32,000 bases of DNA, taken from contig JAWBCC010000002.1 in assembly GCA_038823825.1 (NCBI GenBank), positions 1-32,000 of the forward strand, written 5' to 3'. Of the stretch, positions 7,521 to 16,045 are shown piece after piece; position 1 is the stretch's first letter, and each line of letters starts with the position of its first letter. The translations under genes and the position numbers were made by a program. The stretch is from Candidatus Hadarchaeales archaeon (GTDB lineage Archaea > Hadarchaeota > Hadarchaeia > Hadarchaeales > Hadarchaeaceae). The notes beneath the pieces are model-generated. The model was not told the origin of the DNA. It made no database searches and worked only from the letters and a program-made list of their open reading frames with translations.

Positions 7521-10500
7521 TTGTCGAAAAGAATAAATAGATCGCACGATAAAAGATTTCTGGTAAAGAAATTGAACATGTTTACATCTTATAACAGAAA
7601 GGAATTCACCCTCTTGCTCCTCGGGTTAGTGATTTCTGGACTTTTCGCCATTCTCTGGACGGGACTCGCAAGCGCAACGCCAGATATCACCATCTCAGTC
7701 TTTCTCAACGACGAAATCGTTAACCCAGAACAAACGATCGTTGCCTGGGGAATCGCCGAAGAAGACGGTGCCCCGCTAGACAACAGAATTGTCCGATTCT
7801 TCTTGGATGGGGCTTTTCAAACCTTGAGCTGGGGTATGCCTTCATCGGCCCCTTGGGAGGCTGGAATACGGGAAAACACGATCATCGAAGCAAATAGAAT
7901 AAAACTTCAGTACAAGCCGGACATGGACATCGTTTTCATAAACGAAAACGGATACATCAGCTGGATTGACCCATACCGAGAAGTCAAGACGCTCGGAGTG
8001 TATGCAGACAAGCTCGGCGGAGCTGGAGACATTGACGGAGACGGGAAAATCGATGTGGTTTTTACGGATGGACCTCAGGGTGCTCTGAAATATGTTGACG
8101 TTGACAATAACATTAGAACGCTTGTAGCTTCCGGCGTTGTTAACGTTGCAAAGGGGCTTGCGGATTTCGATGGAGACGGAAAGCTGGACGTTCCGTATGT
8201 CACCACTGCTTATGACTACAAAATTTATTTCGTAGACTATGAAGGACGAATCCGGAGCGTCGGACCACTGCCCATACATCCGCTTCTGCTTGGCGGAGTA
8301 GGAGACTTCGATAACGACGGAAAACCGGAGGTCTCGTTCGGATATATGAGCGACATCCGGCACGTGGACATAGACGGTCAAGTTATAAGCATGGGAGGGA
8401 GCGTACAGTTTCACCAGACGGATCGAAGATCTGATATTAGTCAGGCGGCCGACTTCAATGGTGACGGTCGACTCGACGTCGCATATAATCCTCCCTCGGC
8501 ATACTCTGACCTTTGGATAACAGACAACCGCGGAAACGTCAGACGGGTTCTTCCTACTGGTAATGTTTTCGGTGGACTCGGCACGGTCGGTGGAATGGGT
8601 GACTTCTACGGAGATGGAAGAATTGTTATAGCCTACAAAGCCTTCTTCACATCAACTGGTAATAGATACACACCATCTCACATCATGGTGGTTGACAATA
8701 CAGGGAGGATAGATAATCTCGGAGTTCTTGCGAGATACATCGGCCCAATTGTCGACTTTGACATGGACACAGGATACGTGCCATCAGGAAGCTACAGAAC
8801 ACCGGTGATCGACTGGAGATCTCCGACGATAAGAATCGAAAACATAACCTTGACAGTGGCCATACCCGTGGATACGAGACTCTGGGTGAACGTGCAGGTC
8901 TCCGACGACAACTTCTCAACCATTAAAGATAGCAATCTTCTGGTTCTCACCCCTGGTATGGGAGGCATCGACAGAACGTTTCCGCTCAGCCTAAAGCCTG
9001 CCAGATATGCCCGAGTAATCTTCTCCTTCTTCACAGACGACCTTTCCAGAACAGCAGTACTCACATCCTTTACCCTCAACACAAACATCGTTACTTTAGA
9101 AAATGGCTGGTACATGCGCACTTTTGAGGCTCCTTCAACGCTGGGTACGCACCAAATCAAATTCACAGTGGAGAGATATCCCTATCTAGGAGAAAACACA
9201 AAAACTTTCGACGTGCGCAGACTAGTTTTCGAACCGGCTGGCCTCCTCGACGAACACGGGCAAATAGACAACATCTTGAATCCGGGAGAAAGATACTACG
9301 TCCTTGTTAAAATCCAGGAAGAAAACGGAACTCACAGATATGATGTCACATCTGGTTCGTTTACCGAAAACATCGGCGGAACTCTCCATAGCCTGATATA
9401 CCTTGAGAATTCGATCTGGAGGACATCCCTCCAGCTCACCGCTCCAACGACGATCGGCACATACTCCTTCGGTTCAACAGTCTCCGGCTACTCTGCCGAA
9501 AACATAATAGGTTCTGGCAACGTTACACACACATACTATGTCAAGACTCTAGAAATCCAGCTCTTCTTCGAGCGTTCTTGGGTCAACCCGGGAGACAATG
9601 TTACGATTTATGGCCGGGTAAAGAAATGGCCCGACAACGTCTGGGTCGAGGACGCGGATGTTGACGTGTATGTGGCTGGGAACTATGTGGCGACAGTAAG
9701 AACTCAGAGTGGAGAAAACGCTGGAAGATATAAATATACCTTCCAGGCTCCGAGAACGCTGGGCGGATATCCGGTCAGGGTTTGGATATCCCACCAAGGA
9801 CTCGACAGAGAAAACACCTCCACCTTCTACGTCAAAACCCTCACGATCACCGTTAACATGGATCCGGCGAGCCATCAGGTCAGACCTGGCGTGAAGGTAA
9901 GAATCTATGGAGTCGTCAGGAGATGGCCCGAGGGAACTCCTGCGAGCTACGCGACAGTTAAGCTTAGAATGGGCCCGCTAGACAACTACGAAAACATAAA
10001 CTGGCCCGTTGCAGACAACATCGCGCGAGCCGACGGTTCCTACGACATTTACTTTACCGTCAGGGATGAATGGGTCGGAGAATTCAAGCTTGTTGTAATC
10101 GCGACAGACAACTACTTGTTAGAGAACGAGAACTCCACCTGGATGCTCAGCGAAACTATAAAAATATCCGTCTACTTCTCAAGAAGCAACGTCCCGCCCG
10201 GAACGCTCATCTACGTTTGGGGATGGGCAATATTCCAGCCGAGCGGGGTTCCGGTTTCTAACAATCCCGTCAGCATCTGGAAGTGGGAAGGTGCAGATGA
10301 AGACGCTACATTCACCGACGAGAACGGAAGATATGAATATTATTTCTACGCCCCACAGAACTGGGGTAACTACAACTTCAGGGTGAGAACTTCGAAAGCT
10401 GGACTGACTGGAGAAAACGTGTATCCATACAAGGTTAGCACAATCTTGATTTCATTGAACATAGACGATAAGATTGTAAACAAAGGGCAGGAGATAAACA

Positions 10501-13500
10501 TAAGCGGAAGAGCGGCGCTCTTCCCGGGCAACTTGCCGGTGGGCAATACTGTTTTCAGATATTCTGTCGGATGGAGACCGGGGTACAGCTACACACGAAC
10601 GGATGAAAACGGAAACTACACATTTGTTGAAACTGCCCCATCCGCAATCGGAAGATACACCATAAAAGTTGAAATCGCCCAGGGAGATTTCAGCGGGGAG
10701 AACGCCGATAACATCGAGACTAGGGACATGCTGATCTCCGTTTCATTGAGCAAAACAAAGGCTATCCCGGGCGAAAGGGTAAGAGTTAGCGGCTTGACAA
10801 CCGTGTTGCTTCCGGGCGGGGAAAATAGGCCTCCTCGCGGCGGAACAAGAGTAGATATATACATCGATGACGAATGGTGGGCATACACATACACCGATAC
10901 GAGTGGATATTACTGGAAAGACATAAACGCCCCTGACGTTGGACCACACGAGGTAAAGGTCGTTTGCGCAGATAACGAGAACATCATTGGAGAAAACGTC
11001 ACGTATCTCTACGTGGAACGCATTCTTATTTCCGTTAACGTTGACAGGGATCCTTCCAACCCAGGAGCTGCAAACAGAGTCTGGGGATATGCATGGTTCC
11101 AGTACAGCGGAGACCCTGTTGAGAACTATGTACAAATCCGTCTTAATGGTGTGCCGATCGCAACGGTTATGACAAACCGTTTCGGATACTACGAAAATAA
11201 CTTCACCTCACCAACCTCGCTTGGTGAGCACAGAATCGATGTCACAATGTTGCATGAAAACTTCAGGGGAGACAATACGCGGTGGTTCTGGGTAAGAACC
11301 CTGGACATTCCAGTGAATCTGAGCGATAAGATTGTGAGGAGCGGGCAGTACATAACGGTCAGCGGAAGAATAACCGTTCAACCTGGCGGATGGCCAGTTC
11401 CTCAGTATACAGTTGTGCGCATATATCCGAGCTGGACCTCTCCAATAATAACATCCACCGGCCCAGATGGTACTTACACGGCCGGTCTAAATGCCCCCGC
11501 AACTCTTGGGATCCACACGATAAGGGTTGAAGCGGAGGAGGGGGAGAACGGCATAATGGGAAGCAGGGAAAACACGATAGAGGTCCGAGAGCTCCGCTTC
11601 TCAGAGTTTAAACTTGTAGACAACCACGGGCAGGAGGACCGAATAATGAATCCGGGTGAATCCTACAGACTATTCATAAGAATTCAGGAATTCAATGGAG
11701 CCTCATATTTCGACGTTGAGGAAACTCATCCATCAAATCCGTTCAAGGTCACGATCGCGGGTCAAGACTACACCCTTGCATACACCGGAAGTTCTGGAAT
11801 ATGGAGAACTCCTTACCTCACAGCAGAGAGTTCGCTCGGGATGTATGTGGTCTCCGCATTCTTCTTCGGAAGTTCAGCTAACGATATCTATGGAAGCCAA
11901 TCAATCAACTATACATACGACGTGAAGACAATCTGGCTTTCGCTTGTCATAGATAATGTAGTCAATCCTATGGAAAACACAACAATTTCCGGCAGAGCTA
12001 TTCTATTGCCAGATGATGCCCCTGTCAAACGAGAAAACGTATTTATCTTCAAAGAAGACGAACTGCTTACAATCGTTCAGACCGACTGGGAAGGTTATTT
12101 CAGATATTCCTTCGTGGCTCCTGACCTGCTCGAAAATTACTTCCTGAAAGTTAGAATAACCGATGCCAACGGAATTGAGAGAGAAAACTCCAGAAGACAG
12201 TGGGTGAAAACAATTGAAATTTCCATATTCCTAGGCGAAGAGGTCGTCGGAATTTCTCCCACTGACAATGTGTATGGTTGGGTCATTCTACATCCAGACA
12301 ACATACCACAAAGCGGCTTGGCTGTGAGGATTTTCGGAACCGGTCTAGACAACGAACAAACTGTGTATACCAACGATGAAGGTTATTACTTCCTGCAGTT
12401 CAACGTTTCTGCATATGCTAGGAATTACGGATTTGGAGAGGTCAGAGTTCAAGTCAGGAATGCTGACAACATTTACAATGAAAACTCCGCGACCTACTAT
12501 GTCGGAACTCCGGTAAACGTGAGGGGATGGATGAAGAATGCTGAAGGAAAACCGCTTCCCGCAACTTTCGAGTTCACATCGATTTCGAAAGGTTATACCC
12601 TCAGAATTTCCGTAAAACCAGACGGAACATACAGTGGCGTAATAATAAAAGACGATTATCATATGACATTCAGACTCTTTGGGCATTCTATAACTTTCTA
12701 CTCCGTGAGGACTTTCTCAGAAGCCCAGCAATGGGAGAACTTTGATAATCTAATCCGAATAGACAATATACCGCGATCCGCAGCATACGTTTCAGACAAC
12801 GTGAACACGATATTCGCTATTGCTATAGAAATAGACAACAAGCTCGCGGACAATTTCCAGACTGCGACGATCGTTCTGGATTACACACCATGGCTCGGGA
12901 TGATAACAAACGAAAGCAACCTTGCCGTCTACAAGGCGAGCTGGGATATGGCGAGAAGAGAAAACACAAGTAAATGGACAAGGCTTGGAGGAACTATCAA
13001 CAAGATCGATCACACAATAACTCTCAGTGGAGTTACCAAATTCTCGGCATATGTGGTGGGCGAGAGTGTACCTTCCATGCAGGATGTCGTTGGACCGATC
13101 GTTGGGCCTTTAGTGGGGCCGATCGTTGGACCACTTAGAGGACCGATACCAGATTACAGCGGGACTCTGAGGAAGATCATGGGGCTCATCGCAGATATTC
13201 AGACGACGGTGGAGAACCTGCCTACTCTTGAAAATCTCCCGCAAACTCCACCAGTGGAGGTTACTCCGAGTCCTTCCGCCGGTGTGTCTCTCGATATGTA
13301 TCCTGGAGAAACGGCCAAAGTTCCACTTTCAATCAAGAACAACTCCAATGTTCCGATTATCGTCACCGCATCAAAAGTCGGTCAGACATCCGCCTTCATC
13401 TCCTTCGAAGAACCGTACATAACCGTTCAGCCAGGAGATGTAGGAAAAGTTATGCTTGTCGTTCATATACCTGAAAACACACCGAAGGGTCTTTACACAG

Positions 13501-15284
13501 GTTCTGTTTTCCTTTATCCTGGAGTCCTGCAGGCTCCGATTGAAATTCCTGTCAAGATTCGCGTTCTCTCTCCGGCCAGAAGTCTGCTTGATGTAAGAAT
13601 ATCTTCACTTCTCCCAAGCGTTAATCCTGGTAAACATCAGAAAGCCGAGGTTACACTCTACAACATGGGAGAAGAGAAGAGAGTCGATGCCGTGGTGAGA
13701 GTTCAACTCATTGATCCGGACACTTTAGCTGTTCTCAATGAGGTTGAGGAAACTATGGCGGTCGAGACTTCTTTGAGCAGAATCTTTAGCCTGAAGGTTC
13801 CTGAAAACGCAAAGGAAAAATATTACTACCTAAAAGCTTTGGCGACTTATCTGACAGGCGAAAACAGAGAGATGCAGGCAAGTGCTCTCGCCTCGATGTC
13901 TGTGATAATTCCATTCTGGGATAAAACAACCTGGGGGATTTCCAACAAGATATTCTACTCTGTGATAGCCGCTGCGATTGCCGCCGGAACGGCCGGTTAC
14001 CTGTACTACCGCAGGCTGAAGAAATTACGCGAAGCACAGAAGAGATATGAAAGGGTTCTATCCTTCACCGAACTTCCACAGCCTGGACCGAGAAGCGCCT
14101 TCATAGGAAAACTGGCTGAAACCCCGAGAAAGGCATATCTGTACCTAGATGACCTCAGAACTCACGCGATTGTTGCTGGAGCGACCGGAGCAGGCAAAAC
14201 CATAATGACGCAGGATCTTGCCGAAGAGGCACTCATGCACGGAATCGATGTCTTCGTTTTCGACCCGACAGCACAGTGGACTGGAATGCTCCAAAAGTGT
14301 ACCGAGCACGAGATGCTTAGACACTATGACAAGTTTGGAATGAAGGAGAGAGATGCAGCGGGATTCCCAGGATATATAAAGAGAATCAAGGATCCAACTG
14401 AGTATCTCAACCTAGGCAAACTGCTCAAGAGACCGAAGAAAGAAGGAGAGATGGGCAGGATATGGGTTTTCCTGATCGACCAGCTTGACAGCAGAGATCT
14501 TGACGTTTTCATCGCAAACACCATAAACGACATCTTCAAGAGCAATCCCGAGGAGAGCCAGAAGCTTAGGGCGCTCATAATCTTTGACGAGGTCCACAGA
14601 CTCCTACCCAGATTCGGAGGAAAAGGTCTGGGAATAACGATGCTCGAGCGCGCCGTAAGAGAATTCAGAAAATGGGGAATTGGTCTCGTGCTCGCTTCGC
14701 AAGTCATTGCTGACTTTGAAAAGGAAATAAGAGCAAACATAAGAACACAGATCCAGCTCTGGACGAGAGATGAGGAGGAACTCGAGAGGATAAAGGAGAA
14801 GTTCGGACTCGGCTACATGCAGTCGGTCGCCAAAGCGGCCGTTGGGACCGGAATGGTATTCAACTCCGACTACAACAAGGGTAGACCTTACTTCATCCAC
14901 TTCAGGCCCATTCTCCACAGATTGACCAGACTAGAAGAAGATGTGATAATAAAGTGGGACAAATACACCAGGAGACTTGAGGAGCTCCAGGAGAAACTCG
15001 ATAAGCTGAGAGAGGCTGGAGCTGACATTTTCGACCTTGAGATCGAACTCGGGCTAGCGAGAAAGAAACTAGAAGAGGGTGCGTTCGACGTCGTCGATCT
15101 CTACTTGGAATCTGTTGAACCTAGAATTGATAAAGAGTGTAAGGCGAGAAAAATAGAAATCAAAAAAGTCAGGGTTACTGAGGAAGAGCTGAAGAAGGCC
15201 GAGATGGAGGCTAAGAAAGAAAGAGTAAAAGCGGAGAAGGCGGAGGACGAGAAGGAATCCAGAAAGCCCGAAAAGAAAACATGA
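7521..15284 (+). CDS. Giant (2,587-codon) surface protein: signal/anchor, FG-GAP/VCBS propeller, Ig-like repeat stalk, CARDB/NEW3-like domains, one TM helix, cytoplasmic HerA/FtsK-superfamily ATPase, coiled-coil tail
   Basis: The ORF is uninterrupted. The start is either TTG 7521 (SD-like GGGGTGG upstream) or ATG 7578 (MFTSYNRKEFTLLLLGLVISGLFAILWTGLASA). Domain evidence is given in the sub-features below. Confidence 0.9.
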   Translation: MSKRINRSHDKRFLVKKLNMFTSYNRKEFTLLLLGLVISGLFAILWTGLASATPDITISVFLNDEIVNPEQTIVAWGIAEEDGAPLDNRIVRFFLDGAFQTLSWGMPSSAPWEAGIRENTIIEANRIKLQYKPDMDIVFINENGYISWIDPYREVKTLGVYADKLGGAGDIDGDGKIDVVFTDGPQGALKYVDVDNNIRTLVASGVVNVAKGLADFDGDGKLDVPYVTTAYDYKIYFVDYEGRIRSVGPLPIHPLLLGGVGDFDNDGKPEVSFGYMSDIRHVDIDGQVISMGGSVQFHQTDRRSDISQAADFNGDGRLDVAYNPPSAYSDLWITDNRGNVRRVLPTGNVFGGLGTVGGMGDFYGDGRIVIAYKAFFTSTGNRYTPSHIMVVDNTGRIDNLGVLARYIGPIVDFDMDTGYVPSGSYRTPVIDWRSPTIRIENITLTVAIPVDTRLWVNVQVSDDNFSTIKDSNLLVLTPGMGGIDRTFPLSLKPARYARVIFSFFTDDLSRTAVLTSFTLNTNIVTLENGWYMRTFEAPSTLGTHQIKFTVERYPYLGENTKTFDVRRLVFEPAGLLDEHGQIDNILNPGERYYVLVKIQEENGTHRYDVTSGSFTENIGGTLHSLIYLENSIWRTSLQLTAPTTIGTYSFGSTVSGYSAENIIGSGNVTHTYYVKTLEIQLFFERSWVNPGDNVTIYGRVKKWPDNVWVEDADVDVYVAGNYVATVRTQSGENAGRYKYTFQAPRTLGGYPVRVWISHQGLDRENTSTFYVKTLTITVNMDPASHQVRPGVKVRIYGVVRRWPEGTPASYATVKLRMGPLDNYENINWPVADNIARADGSYDIYFTVRDEWVGEFKLVVIATDNYLLENENSTWMLSETIKISVYFSRSNVPPGTLIYVWGWAIFQPSGVPVSNNPVSIWKWEGADEDATFTDENGRYEYYFYAPQNWGNYNFRVRTSKAGLTGENVYPYKVSTILISLNIDDKIVNKGQEINISGRAALFPGNLPVGNTVFRYSVGWRPGYSYTRTDENGNYTFVETAPSAIGRYTIKVEIAQGDFSGENADNIETRDMLISVSLSKTKAIPGERVRVSGLTTVLLPGGENRPPRGGTRVDIYIDDEWWAYTYTDTSGYYWKDINAPDVGPHEVKVVCADNENIIGENVTYLYVERILISVNVDRDPSNPGAANRVWGYAWFQYSGDPVENYVQIRLNGVPIATVMTNRFGYYENNFTSPTSLGEHRIDVTMLHENFRGDNTRWFWVRTLDIPVNLSDKIVRSGQYITVSGRITVQPGGWPVPQYTVVRIYPSWTSPIITSTGPDGTYTAGLNAPATLGIHTIRVEAEEGENGIMGSRENTIEVRELRFSEFKLVDNHGQEDRIMNPGESYRLFIRIQEFNGASYFDVEETHPSNPFKVTIAGQDYTLAYTGSSGIWRTPYLTAESSLGMYVVSAFFFGSSANDIYGSQSINYTYDVKTIWLSLVIDNVVNPMENTTISGRAILLPDDAPVKRENVFIFKEDELLTIVQTDWEGYFRYSFVAPDLLENYFLKVRITDANGIERENSRRQWVKTIEISIFLGEEVVGISPTDNVYGWVILHPDNIPQSGLAVRIFGTGLDNEQTVYTNDEGYYFLQFNVSAYARNYGFGEVRVQVRNADNIYNENSATYYVGTPVNVRGWMKNAEGKPLPATFEFTSISKGYTLRISVKPDGTYSGVIIKDDYHMTFRLFGHSITFYSVRTFSEAQQWENFDNLIRIDNIPRSAAYVSDNVNTIFAIAIEIDNKLADNFQTATIVLDYTPWLGMITNESNLAVYKASWDMARRENTSKWTRLGGTINKIDHTITLSGVTKFSAYVVGESVPSMQDVVGPIVGPLVGPIVGPLRGPIPDYSGTLRKIMGLIADIQTTVENLPTLENLPQTPPVEVTPSPSAGVSLDMYPGETAKVPLSIKNNSNVPIIVTASKVGQTSAFISFEEPYITVQPGDVGKVMLVVHIPENTPKGLYTGSVFLYPGVLQAPIEIPVKIRVLSPARSLLDVRISSLLPSVNPGKHQKAEVTLYNMGEEKRVDAVVRVQLIDPDTLAVLNEVEETMAVETSLSRIFSLKVPENAKEKYYYLKALATYLTGENREMQASALASMSVIIPFWDKTTWGISNKIFYSVIAAAIAAGTAGYLYYRRLKKLREAQKRYERVLSFTELPQPGPRSAFIGKLAETPRKAYLYLDDLRTHAIVAGATGAGKTIMTQDLAEEALMHGIDVFVFDPTAQWTGMLQKCTEHEMLRHYDKFGMKERDAAGFPGYIKRIKDPTEYLNLGKLLKRPKKEGEMGRIWVFLIDQLDSRDLDVFIANTINDIFKSNPEESQKLRALIIFDEVHRLLPRFGGKGLGITMLERAVREFRKWGIGLVLASQVIADFEKEIRANIRTQIQLWTRDEEELERIKEKFGLGYMQSVAKAAVGTGMVFNSDYNKGRPYFIHFRPILHRLTRLEEDVIIKWDKYTRRLEELQEKLDKLREAGADIFDLEIELGLARKKLEEGAFDVVDLYLESVEPRIDKECKARKIEIKKVRVTEEELKKAEMEAKKERVKAEKAEDEKESRKPEKKT
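7960..8790 (+). repeat. FG-GAP/VCBS-type repeats (integrin-like beta-propeller) within the giant protein
   Basis: At least six spaced Ca-binding-type motifs are present: GDIDGDGKIDVVF, ADFDGDGKLDVPY, GDFDNDGKPEVSF, ADFNGDGRLDVAY, GDFYGDGRIVIAY and VDFDMDTGY. Confidence 0.75.
9538..12505 (+). repeat. About nine to ten diverged ~95-100-aa Ig-like (carboxypeptidase-regulatory-like) repeats, interrupted by a second copy of a distinct ~110-aa module
   Basis: Each unit starts V(K/R)T(L/I)xIx(V/L) and carries ...PG..v.i.G......P.g.pv....V......TDenG.Y...f.aP...G.y...v......GEN. Examples are YVKTLEIQLFF..., YVKTLTITVNM..., KVSTILISLNI..., YVERILISVNV..., WVRTLDIPVNL..., DVKTIWLSLVI... and WVKTIEISIFL.... 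Confidence 0.75.
13089..13148 (+). repeat. Five tandem 12-nt units encoding (VGPx)5: VGPI VGPL VGPI VGPL RGPI
   Basis: The units are gttggaccgatc / gttgggccttta / gtggggccgatc / gttggaccactt / agaggaccgata, read directly from the sequence. Confidence 0.9.
13950..14009 (+). other. Single predicted transmembrane helix of the giant protein
   Basis: IFYSVIAAAIAAGTAGYLYY is followed by RRLKKLREAQKR. By the positive-inside rule the downstream ATPase lies in the cytoplasm. Confidence 0.7.
14100..14920 (+). other. HerA/FtsK-superfamily (DUF87-like) P-loop ATPase domain of the giant protein
   Basis: Walker A is HAIVAGATGAGKT (GATGAGKT at 14178-14201). Walker B is LRALIIFDEVHRLLP (about 14573-14596). 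REFRKWGIGLVLASQVIADF...IRTQIQLWTRDEEE resembles the HerA eGRKfGvgl.l.sQrP...l.lrl pattern. Confidence 0.7.
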
Positions 15285-15324
15285 TAAGGGTTTTTGAATA
15301 TAATAACGATATTTTTGATGGTTG

Positions 15325-16017
15325 GTGAATTTGCCCGAAAAAAAGAAGAAAGAAACTCTTGCAGATAGGGTCGAAAAGCTGAGCGCACAAATGGAAGCTT
15401 TCGGAAAACTCAGGGAGAGCTTAGATATGAGGATCTCCATGCTGAACGAAAGAATCGGAGAGCTCAGAGCGATGGTTCTGAGAACCGAAAAAGATATGAT
15501 GGAGATCCGTGCGAAAACCGAAAGGACTACCGGGATAATCGAAGAGCTCGACCCAAGCAAAATAATGGGAGAGATCAGGAGGATGCAGGCGCGGGTCGAG
15601 ACGCTGGCGGCGAGGATAGATGCAACCGATGCTAAGCTTGACGCAATTAGTTCTGAACTTAGAGAAGTTAGGAGAGAGATTGGAAAGTTCCGTGGGGTTG
15701 AAAGCGTACTTTCCCTCTCCGAGGAGGTCAGGGCTGACTTGACGGAGATGGAAAAGATTGCGGCAGATGTCAGGAGGCAGGCGGACAGGGTGATGGCCAT
15801 CTTCGCGGAGCTGAGGGATAGGATGGGAAAAACCGAAAGGTTTGTAGCTAGGCTCGAGGCGCTCGAGGATTCGACAAAATCACTAAATAAGGGACTGAGC
15901 GAGCTTGCACCGAAGGTCGAAGAAGCTCTTGCTAGAATAGAAGAGCTGAGGGCGACGGCAAAAGCGACAAATCCTGAAGCCAAGGAGGAAAAACCCAAAG
16001 AGGAGAAAAAGAAATAA
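15325..16017 (+). CDS. Charged coiled-coil protein, paralogue A (function unknown)
   Basis: About 230 aa with heptad-rich E/R/K/L composition. It is collinear without gaps with the 23876..24442 product (MEAFGKLRESLDMRISMLNERIGELRA vs METISRLRESYDTRLSTISESIGSLKA; FRGVESVLSLSEEVRADL vs FKGIEELLELAKEIREDI). I prefer the GTG at 15325 as the start by alignment with the paralogue's ATG; the track uses TTG 15322. Confidence 0.75.
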   Translation: MNLPEKKKKETLADRVEKLSAQMEAFGKLRESLDMRISMLNERIGELRAMVLRTEKDMMEIRAKTERTTGIIEELDPSKIMGEIRRMQARVETLAARIDATDAKLDAISSELREVRREIGKFRGVESVLSLSEEVRADLTEMEKIAADVRRQADRVMAIFAELRDRMGKTERFVARLEALEDSTKSLNKGLSELAPKVEEALARIEELRATAKATNPEAKEEKPKEEKKK

Positions 16018-16045
16018 CACGGGTTAGAGAAGGAATTTGAAATCT

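Noticed and set aside
15069-15998. 309-aa minus-strand ORF (Ser/Leu/Ala-rich, low complexity).
   Set aside because: It is an antisense shadow of the Glu/Lys/Arg-rich coiled-coil coding sequence (giant-gene tail and paralogue A). It has no plausible start context or domain features.
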